DNA of 24,000 nt, taken from positions 3,564,827 to 3,588,826 of the forward strand of contig OY970291.1 in assembly GCA_963716165.1 (NCBI GenBank), written 5' to 3'. Positions 17,046 to 24,000 of this stretch are shown here, one piece after another; the stretch's first letter is position 1; each line of letters begins with the position of its first letter. The DNA is from Terriglobia bacterium. Lineage in GTDB: Bacteria > Acidobacteriota > Terriglobia > Terriglobales > Acidobacteriaceae. The position numbers and the translations under genes are program-made. Under the pieces are notes generated by a model. It ran no database searches. It worked only from the letters and a program-made list of their open reading frames with translations, and was not told the origin of the DNA.

Positions 17046-18293
17046 GTGCGCCTGCTATTAGACACTTTCGGGCAAATCTTTCGCAGCCTTTGGGCCCATA
17101 AACTACGCTCATTCCTCACCATGTTTGGTATCGCATGGGGAGTCGGATCGCTACTTCTATTGGTGGGCTTAGGCGAAGGTTTCCGCTCCGGCAACATGAG
17201 GGAGACTCAGGAATACGGCAAGGACATCATGTTCCTGTTTCCTGGGAGAGCGCCTGCAGTCGCCGGAAGCATGAGTTCCGCGCGAAACTATCTGCTCACT
17301 TATCGGGATTTTTCCGACATTCTGAAAGAAGCTCCCCATGTGATAAACGCGTCGCCAGTGTTGGCACGAACCGATGTGCACGCGGTGAGTGATTTTTCCA
17401 CTGCGAACGGCGAAATCATAGGAGTCGAACCGCAATATAGCGACATACGGTTTCTCCCGATGAAGCAGGGGCGCTGGCTCAATAGTTTCGATGAAACGCA
17501 GAGACGGAATGTGATCGTCCTTGGGGATGAGTTGACCAAGAATCTGTTTCCCGGCCACGCCGCTGTGGGCTCAACGATGTTGCTGAACGGCGTTAGCTTT
17601 GAAGTGGTTGGAACTGTGAAGCGGGTGGGCCGCGGTGACGATAATTCCACAAATATGCGCGGCTATCTTCCTTATCGCGTCATGGCCACATTTTTCCCGC
17701 TCAAGGGTGACGGTCATGAGAACTCGATTTCGTTCATCAACTATCAGCCTCGTGTGAGAGATGAACACGAACTCGCAAACGAAGATGTACGCAAAGTCGT
17801 TGCTCGAAACCACGGGTTCGATTATCGCGACAAGGACGCGTTTGAAGGTTGGGACACGATTGAGCAATCGAAAGCGGTCGGAACGATTTTCGACGCGATG
17901 AATGTTTTTTTGGGCAGCGTCGGTCTCGTGACTCTGGCTCTGGGCGCGATCGGCGTCGTCAACATCATGCTGGTAGCGGTGAGCGAGCGGACACGCGAAA
18001 TTGGATTGCGCAAGGCACTCGGCGCAACTAATCGCAGCATACTATTTCAATTCTTTCTCGAGGGGATCATCTTGACGCTGGGCAGCGGTCTCATTGGCAT
18101 GGCTTTCGCCGCGGGGCTGATGGCAATTCTCGACACCCAGCAGGGCCCTGGGGGATTTGATCCCCCGCGAATCGTTCCCATGTCCGCCATGATCGCGATT
18201 GGCAGCTTAACCATCGCTGGCGTGGTTGCTGGTCTATATCCCGCGCGAAAAGCGGCGTTGCTGCAACCAGTTGAGGCGTTGAGGCACGAATAA
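17046..18293 (+). CDS. ABC transporter permease, MacB/FtsX type (MacB periplasmic core domain + FtsX 4-TM)
   Basis: The N-terminus is FRSLWAHKLRSFLTMFGIAWGVGSLL. A ~230-aa periplasmic domain follows. The C-terminal NIMLVAVSERTREIGLRKALGA motif and its last three TM helices are typical of FtsX/MacB permeases. Confidence 0.9.
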   Translation: MRLLLDTFGQIFRSLWAHKLRSFLTMFGIAWGVGSLLLLVGLGEGFRSGNMRETQEYGKDIMFLFPGRAPAVAGSMSSARNYLLTYRDFSDILKEAPHVINASPVLARTDVHAVSDFSTANGEIIGVEPQYSDIRFLPMKQGRWLNSFDETQRRNVIVLGDELTKNLFPGHAAVGSTMLLNGVSFEVVGTVKRVGRGDDNSTNMRGYLPYRVMATFFPLKGDGHENSISFINYQPRVRDEHELANEDVRKVVARNHGFDYRDKDAFEGWDTIEQSKAVGTIFDAMNVFLGSVGLVTLALGAIGVVNIMLVAVSERTREIGLRKALGATNRSILFQFFLEGIILTLGSGLIGMAFAAGLMAILDTQQGPGGFDPPRIVPMSAMIAIGSLTIAGVVAGLYPARKAALLQPVEALRHE

Positions 18294-19534
18294 TGTTTCG
18301 CGATCTGCTTCAGGAAGCTTACGGAGCCATGCGGTACAACCGCAGACGTACCGCCCTGACCATGCTCGGGATGGCATGGGGCATCGCTACCGTCGTCATG
18401 TTATTGGCATACGGCAACGGGTTCGGACAGGCTTGCGCAAATATCTTTGCCCAATTCGGCAATCAACTCATGATTCTGGTGCCGGGACGCACGTCGATGC
18501 AGGCGGGCGGGCAGAAAGCAGGAATGCAATTACGCTTCACGCTCGATGACATCGAAACTTTAACTACGAATCTTCCCCAGATTAAACACATTTCCCCTGC
18601 CGTCGATAAAGACTGCACCATCCAATACGACACGCGAACTTATACCTTCACCGTGTCTGGTAATTATGCGAATGTGATGGAAATACGCGCTCTGAAGCTG
18701 GATCAGGGGCGCGTCTACAACGATGAAGATGAGATCCAGCATGCGCGGGTGGCCATGATCGGGCCCGAGGCTAAAGAGAAACTTTTCTCAGGCCGCAACG
18801 CTTTGGGAGAACGAATAAGAGTTGATGGCATCAGTTTCGAAGTGATAGGAATTCTTGGATCGAAGATGCAGCAGGGTGACAGCGACATCAATCGCACGAT
18901 TTATATTCCTTTCACCGCTATGGGAGACATCAAGGATACCCGTTACGTGGATGCGATCTGGTTCAACTACGACACAGCGGACTACGAACACCTCGAACAG
19001 CAGGCGAGAGAAATTATGGCGTCCCAACACCGGTTTGCAGCAAGTGACCGGCGCGCCATGCGCGTGTTCAATCTGATGGAGCAAGTCCATCAGTTTGAAG
19101 TCATTACTCTGGGACTCAAAATTCTGTTAGGTTTCATCGGAACGCTAACGCTCGGCATCGGCGGAGTAGGACTGATGAATATCATGCTGGTGTCGGTGAC
19201 GCAGCGAACTCGGGAGATTGGCGTCGAGAAAGCGCTAGGAGCGAAGCGTCGCTACATTCTTATGCAGTTTCTCGCGGAAGCCTTGACTATCACGTTCATC
19301 GGAGGTTTGCTGGGAATTATCCTTGCTTATGCCGTGTCACTCGGGGTTGGCAGGCTCACTCTGTACAGTGCATTCGCGAAGCATGCGGAAGGTGGAGATA
19401 TAAGGCTGGTCATCGCTCCGGGAACATTGATAGCTGCAACGTTGATTTTAGCGGCGGTTGGATTAATCAGCGGGATGGTTCCAGCACTGCGAGCTTCGCG
19501 ACTCGATCCAATTGAAGCACTGCGATACGAATAA
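18293..19534 (+). CDS. ABC transporter permease, MacB/FtsX type (paralogue of the preceding gene)
   Basis: It has the same architecture (MRYNRRRTALTMLGMAWGIATVV ... NIMLVSVTQRTREIGVEKALGA). Its start overlaps the upstream stop (TAATG), and GAGG lies 9 nt upstream. Confidence 0.9.
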   Translation: MFRDLLQEAYGAMRYNRRRTALTMLGMAWGIATVVMLLAYGNGFGQACANIFAQFGNQLMILVPGRTSMQAGGQKAGMQLRFTLDDIETLTTNLPQIKHISPAVDKDCTIQYDTRTYTFTVSGNYANVMEIRALKLDQGRVYNDEDEIQHARVAMIGPEAKEKLFSGRNALGERIRVDGISFEVIGILGSKMQQGDSDINRTIYIPFTAMGDIKDTRYVDAIWFNYDTADYEHLEQQAREIMASQHRFAASDRRAMRVFNLMEQVHQFEVITLGLKILLGFIGTLTLGIGGVGLMNIMLVSVTQRTREIGVEKALGAKRRYILMQFLAEALTITFIGGLLGIILAYAVSLGVGRLTLYSAFAKHAEGGDIRLVIAPGTLIAATLILAAVGLISGMVPALRASRLDPIEALRYE

Positions 19535-19537
19535 TAT

Positions 19538-20893
19538 CTAGTCTTCAATTACCCGCGCAGTAGTTTCCTGCGCGGGTTCGCCGCCAACCACGGCTTGAGC
19601 GACGATCAATCGATGAGCTTCGACCCTAATCTTTGGCAATTGCATCGCAAATATAATCGATCCACCGACTGCTGCGACTGCTCCCATGCTGACCGCGAGT
19701 GGAGCGCCAATCCTTGCTGCAACCCAGCCTCCCAGCAACGCCCCAAATGGAGCCATGCCCATGAACATCATCGAGTACACAGACATTACTCTTCCGCGTA
19801 AGGCATCGGGAACCATCGCCTGGATCAGCGTGTTCGATGATGACATTTCCAACATCATGAAAAATCCGGCGGGAAGCAAAAGCGCAGCCGAAAGCCAGAA
19901 ATTACGGGACAGAGAAAACAAGATAAGAGTTACACCGAAAGCTCCGCAAGAAAACGCAACCCAGCGTCCGAGGCCGTAAACTCCGCGGCGGGAAGCCAGA
20001 ATCAACGCAGCGATCAATGCACCGACTCCTGTCATCCCCATGAGAATGCCGAGGCCGCGTGCACCACCATGAAGAATTTTGTCTGCAAAAACAGGCATCA
20101 GCACGGTGTAGGGCATCGCCACCAGGCTTACGAGTCCCAGTAACAAAAGAATCGCGCGAATGGGGGCGGTATCGCGCACGAAGCGAAATCCCTCAAGAAT
20201 GTGGGCGAGATGCGAACCCTTCGGAGCGTGATAAGTACGCGCCGGTACATTCATCATGAACAAGCCAATGATCACGGCAATATAACTGATAGCATTCGCA
20301 AAAAAACACCAGCCTTCACCAATGCGCGACACGAGAATTCCAGCTATAGCAGGACCAATGATGCGTGCGCCGTTAAACATGGAAGAATTCAACGCAATTG
20401 CATTCATGAGGTGTTCTTTGCCTACCATCTCCACCAGAAACGCCTGTCGGCCGGGGATATCGAAAGCATTAACGACTCCCAGTAACGCCGCTAGCACCAT
20501 GATTTCCCAAACGTGTATGCGTCCGGTAAGAGTCAGCGCCGCAAGAATGCCAGCTAGTGTCATCGACGCGACCTGTGTCCCAATCACAACTCGATGGCGA
20601 TTAAATTTATCTGCAATGACTCCGCCCAAAGGAGCAACAATAAATACGGGAAACTGGCCTGCAAATCCGACCGTTCCGAGCAGAAGCGCCGAACCGGTAA
20701 GACGATATACAAGCCACGCCTGGGCAACGCTTTGCATCCAAGTGCCGACTAGCGAGATGAGTTGGCCGCCGAAAAATAGTTGAAAGTTGCGGTGTTCGAG
20801 CGCCCGCAGTGTAACTGGCAGACGCGACGTTTTTTTAAATGCAGACTGATCGGTTAAGACATTTTCCGTCCGTTTTGGAGTTGCCAACGTCAT
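19538..20893 (-). CDS. MFS transporter (MFS_3 / EntS-like 'transmembrane secretion effector' type)
   Basis: LRALEHRNFQLFFGGQLISLVGTWMQSVAQAWLVYRLTGSALLLG is characteristic of this MFS subfamily, and the protein has about 12 hydrophobic segments. I chose the ATG at 20893. The GTG at 20923 (the listed ORF start) is an alternative. Confidence 0.85.
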   Translation of the reverse strand: MTLATPKRTENVLTDQSAFKKTSRLPVTLRALEHRNFQLFFGGQLISLVGTWMQSVAQAWLVYRLTGSALLLGTVGFAGQFPVFIVAPLGGVIADKFNRHRVVIGTQVASMTLAGILAALTLTGRIHVWEIMVLAALLGVVNAFDIPGRQAFLVEMVGKEHLMNAIALNSSMFNGARIIGPAIAGILVSRIGEGWCFFANAISYIAVIIGLFMMNVPARTYHAPKGSHLAHILEGFRFVRDTAPIRAILLLLGLVSLVAMPYTVLMPVFADKILHGGARGLGILMGMTGVGALIAALILASRRGVYGLGRWVAFSCGAFGVTLILFSLSRNFWLSAALLLPAGFFMMLEMSSSNTLIQAMVPDALRGRVMSVYSMMFMGMAPFGALLGGWVAARIGAPLAVSMGAVAAVGGSIIFAMQLPKIRVEAHRLIVAQAVVGGEPAQETTARVIED

Positions 20894-21073
20894 GCTTTCT
20901 TTACTTATGATCAAGCAAACCACTTAGATGTCTAGCTCTAAAATAACGACGCGATCAGCAACGCAAAATGGGGGTCACTAGTTATTCACTTCCGAAAGTA
21001 CATGGATTTAGGTTAGTGTGAAGCGGGTTCCCGGTTAACTTGTAAATCCTACTCTTGAAGTATAGGAGCGTTT

Positions 21074-21469
21074 ATGACTAGCAACGAAACGCGGCACGAG
21101 CGACGTGGGGGACAACGATTCGGATTTCAAATGGCGATCGGCGTCTGCCGTAGCAACGGCGGAGCCCAAGGCAGCGGATTTACTCAGGACCTTAGCGCAA
21201 GGGGCGCGTCCTTTTTTACGGACATGACTTTTGATGAAGGCGAAGCAGTTGAATTAACGCTTATCATGCCATCGGAGATTACTCTCGCTGAAAGCATGCG
21301 AGTACGGTGCCGTGGAAGAGTTGTCCGTGTATTCCCAACCGTCGTGTCCGGAAAATTTGGAGTTGCTGTGCAACTGCATGGTTACGAGTTTTTGCCGGAA
21401 ATCGAGTTTGCTTCGACCCTTGGCGCTTCACCGGCAAGCCTCGCCCTCTCGTCGCAAGGGCACGCTTAG
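21074..21469 (+). CDS. PilZ-domain protein (putative c-di-GMP receptor)
   Basis: The RxxxR motif (RRGGQR) and the D-x-S-x-x-G motif (DLSARG) have the correct spacing. AGGAG lies 5 nt upstream of the ATG. Confidence 0.8.
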   Translation: MTSNETRHERRGGQRFGFQMAIGVCRSNGGAQGSGFTQDLSARGASFFTDMTFDEGEAVELTLIMPSEITLAESMRVRCRGRVVRVFPTVVSGKFGVAVQLHGYEFLPEIEFASTLGASPASLALSSQGHA

Positions 21470-21544
21470 GCCATTTGCATTAGCCATAGAAGATTAGAAA
21501 ACTCTATTGGCGGAATATTTTGTCCCTATTCCGCTCGTTCCGCT

Positions 21545-21572
21545 TTGAATCCTCCCAAGCTTTGAATAGAAT
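21545..21572 (+). promoter_or_regulatory. Candidate sigma70-type promoter upstream of the CpaE/TadZ-like gene
   Basis: TTGAAT (21545-21550), a 16-nt spacer, then TAGAAT (21567-21572). It is embedded in a 9-bp direct repeat GCTTTGAAT (21542-21550 and 21559-21567). It lies about 180 nt upstream of the ATG at 21755. Confidence 0.3.
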
Positions 21573-21754
21573 AGTTGCAAGAGTCCCTCCCCAGCCAACC
21601 CTTCCGACGAAGCATAGTCCCGTCGCGTGGGTTTCCGCGTGAGCTCCGGCCAAATGGGCTAATTTCCCATTGCCGGTTCGGTTACGGAGGTCACTTGGCG
21701 TAACTCGCCTGATTCCTTACCATGGCTTTTACGCGGGGCGCACGAGGCTAGCGA

Positions 21755-22990
21755 ATGCATGGCGTAGCGGTTACTGTTTTAAGTGAAGATAAAGAGCGGC
21801 TAGGACTCCTCCAGCAAAGGCTGGAAGCGACGCAAATGGGGCGTACGGTATTTGCCCATGCGGGGTTTCCGTCATCTCCGACGGATTCAGTGCTGCGCCA
21901 GATCCAGGATGTTCATGCGGAAGTCGTAGTTGTCGATGTCGATCCGCAAAATGTAGCAGGTGCTATTCGGGCGATCGAGTTCATCCGCGACAACACAGTT
22001 GATCTTTCAATTTTTGCGGTTGGCGAAATGACGAATTCCGCCACTATCGTTTCTATTATGCGTGCCGGAGCGGGCGAGTATTTAGAACGAAATGTCAGCT
22101 CCGAGGTGATCGTTGAAGCCTTGACGCGCTTCGCCGCTACACGCACCAGAACGAAAAACGCCTCCGGTAAGGCCAGAGTTTTTGTGGTTACAAATGCCAA
22201 AGGCGGTGCAGGGGCGACGACTGCCGCGGTGAATATTGCCGCCGCGCTGCAACAAGCGCAGGGCGGAGTTTTACTCGTCGATTTTGCCGCTCTCGGTCAT
22301 TGCGCATTGCAACTCAATGCGCGTCCCACATTCGGAATAGCCGATGCGTTGCAAAATCTGCATCGGATGGACACTTCCCTGCTTGATGGTTTGATGACAG
22401 AGTGTAAAGCGGGATTGAAATTACTCGCAGGACCACAGCAACCCGACTTGCTCACTCCAACGGCAGCCGAGCTGGCGCGGTTATTTGATTTATTGGTATC
22501 AAATTTTCGTTACGTTGTAATCGACTGCTCGGACCGCCTCGATCAAACCGGGCGGCTGCTTTGTGATCTTTCGAATGCCGTGCTTCTTATCGCCCAGGCG
22601 GATGTAGTTTCTTTGTGGAGCGCTAACCGGGTCCGTACCTTTATTGAAGAAGGTCCGGCGCGCGGAAAAGTACGCCTCGTTCTCAACCGGTATAAGAAAA
22701 TTCCGGGCTTCTCAGATGAGGACGTTGAAGAAGCAACGCGATGCAAATTGCTATGGAAGCTGCCCAACAATCACCAGGCAATCGCGCCCTCGATTGATAA
22801 GGGCGTTCCGGTGGTATTCCAGGACGGACACGACATTGCTCGGTCTTACCAAGCCCTGGCGGCTACTCTGGCAGGCGCCGCTGCTATGCCAGATGGCGCT
22901 CTGGACCTGAATTCCGAACCGGACAAGGCAGACGCCAAGAAGAAAAGTGCGGGAAGGCTTTTCGTCTCCCCGTTACGCGCAGGACAATAA
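21755..22990 (+). CDS. CpaE/TadZ-like protein: N-terminal atypical receiver domain + ParA/MinD-type ATPase with deviant Walker A
   Basis: The Walker A reads VVTNAKGGAGATT (K149-T156, nt 22199-22222) and lacks the GK[ST] lysine, as in the TadZ/CpaE family. The N-terminal receiver-like fold (VVVVDVD, GAGEYLERN) has the conserved Lys position altered. GAGG lies 8 nt upstream of the ATG. Confidence 0.8.
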   Translation: MHGVAVTVLSEDKERLGLLQQRLEATQMGRTVFAHAGFPSSPTDSVLRQIQDVHAEVVVVDVDPQNVAGAIRAIEFIRDNTVDLSIFAVGEMTNSATIVSIMRAGAGEYLERNVSSEVIVEALTRFAATRTRTKNASGKARVFVVTNAKGGAGATTAAVNIAAALQQAQGGVLLVDFAALGHCALQLNARPTFGIADALQNLHRMDTSLLDGLMTECKAGLKLLAGPQQPDLLTPTAAELARLFDLLVSNFRYVVIDCSDRLDQTGRLLCDLSNAVLLIAQADVVSLWSANRVRTFIEEGPARGKVRLVLNRYKKIPGFSDEDVEEATRCKLLWKLPNNHQAIAPSIDKGVPVVFQDGHDIARSYQALAATLAGAAAMPDGALDLNSEPDKADAKKKSAGRLFVSPLRAGQ

Positions 22991-23029
22991 CAAACAATTT
23001 AATTTGCAGGATTTGGTTTCGCAGCGTGC

Positions 23030-24000
23030 TTAGCGCGCGGTTGCTGATTTGGCGTCTGACATGGAATAGATGGCGGAGTTAGTGCAGACTTCGTAGTAGC
23101 AACGGTCGGTCCAGCGGTTCAGGCCAAAGCTGGCCGCATCGATCTGAGCAATCTTACTGCTCCTTATGATCACTTTGCGGAAAATATCATTTCCCAGCGG
23201 CACCATTCCACGCCACAGTTGGAATTCTTCTTTTCCCCACAGCCGTGGCAAGTCGAATTTGCATTGCTCTAAGGCTATTTCTTCCTGCAGGCGTTGAAAT
23301 GCGGGTTCACTCATACGAACGCCGTTAAGGTTGTACTTCATGATGAAGTCATCGGCGCTTTCGCCGGCTTCGGCGTCGCCCATGGTCTGGAATGCGTATA
23401 CATTGAACGGCGACTGTAATCCTTCCACAGTTTTACGCACCCGCTTGTTGCAAGACGAAAGCCGATCACTTTCGTTCAACGCGTCCGAGATCATGATTCG
23501 GGCGTCGCCGTCCATCAGATAGAGCGGTGCTGAATCCTGATAAGAAATACCGATTCCTAGCTCTAGCGGCGGAAGGCCGGTGCCTTGGAGCAGTTTATTG
23601 TATCCGCAAACGATGTCGATAATTTCGCGAGCTAACACACAAGCCTTGCTGACTGCCATCGGCGCATCGCCCTCGTTCTCAAACAGAGCGAGGATGATGG
23701 CATCTCCCTCAAGAAACACCTTTTCCGCGCCGTATTTCGGAAGCAACTTGTTGACCGGATCGTAGAAGTTCAGACTGAAATAGGATGCGGGATTCATGTC
23801 GCGCGCCATAAGCGAGCGCGTCAGCCGCGTCGAATCGCGGACGTTTGCCTTAATGATTACATGGCGGACCACTTTGCTCTCTGCTGGCTTCTGTTCCTCC
23901 GCCAACAGAAACTCATAGAGCGTGCTGTTCATCGCGGAAAGTTCACGCAGGCGGCCGGTTCCGATGAGATTAACCGTCTCCAGTGCTCCGTTGAGAACTT
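23030..24000 (-). CDS. Class III adenylate/guanylate cyclase-homology-domain (CHD)-like protein, probably N-terminally truncated by the window edge
   Basis: GAEKVFLEGDAIILALF, LELGIGISYQD and MISDALNESDRL align by eye with the CHD motifs GG..K.iGDa.mA.F, lriGIh.G and GD.VN.A.R. The reading frame stays open from the ATG at 23932 to base 24000, so the gene likely continues upstream. A ~140-aa C-terminal extension has no recognised family. Confidence 0.55.
   Translation of the reverse strand, partial: VLNGALETVNLIGTGRLRELSAMNSTLYEFLLAEEQKPAESKVVRHVIIKANVRDSTRLTRSLMARDMNPASYFSLNFYDPVNKLLPKYGAEKVFLEGDAIILALFENEGDAPMAVSKACVLAREIIDIVCGYNKLLQGTGLPPLELGIGISYQDSAPLYLMDGDARIMISDALNESDRLSSCNKRVRKTVEGLQSPFNVYAFQTMGDAEAGESADDFIMKYNLNGVRMSEPAFQRLQEEIALEQCKFDLPRLWGKEEFQLWRGMVPLGNDIFRKVIIRSSKIAQIDAASFGLNRWTDRCYYEVCTNSAIYSMSDAKSATAR

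Noticed and set aside
19595-20783. Plus-strand ORFs opposite the MFS gene (19595..19801, 19686..19979, 20322..20783 and others)
   Set aside because: These are antisense shadows of a 12-TM transporter gene. Their products are not hydrophobic or domain-like in any consistent way.

Overview
This is a 24-kb chromosomal-looking segment with about 20 protein-coding genes. I recognised no rRNA, tRNA, CRISPR array, transposase or integrase. Left to right the genes are: the 3' part of a galactose/glyoxal-oxidase-like gene; an OmpA-family envelope protein; a Crp/Fnr regulator with a small Cys-rich ORF, divergent from a stand-alone receiver protein; a secreted seven-repeat GloVer-type protein; two divergently arranged type II toxin-antitoxin modules (Phd-like antitoxin + VapC, and Phd/YefM + RelE/ParE); a monocistronic 714-aa radical SAM enzyme; an FG-GAP/VCBS propeller protein; a 1611-aa transmembrane Ser/Thr kinase; two tandem MacB/FtsX-type ABC permeases; an MFS transporter; and a PilZ protein, an orphan CpaE/TadZ-like ATPase and a truncated cyclase-homology-domain gene at the right edge. 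This gene content suggests an Acidobacteriota-type soil bacterium, but that is inference only and no search was possible. I do not see a coherent, clearly novel multi-gene system. The best leads are: (1) the stand-alone radical SAM enzyme, whose Cys/His motif layout recalls membrane-spanning lipid synthases (Tes / GDGT-MAS class); (2) the PilZ / orphan TadZ-like / degenerate cyclase neighbourhood; (3) the unusual architecture of the giant kinase; (4) a frameshift that splits the signal peptide of the FG-GAP protein; and (5) compact promoter/operator layouts and an atypical 97-nt structured spacer in the TA modules. All family assignments rest on motif recognition by eye and need HMM or BLAST confirmation.
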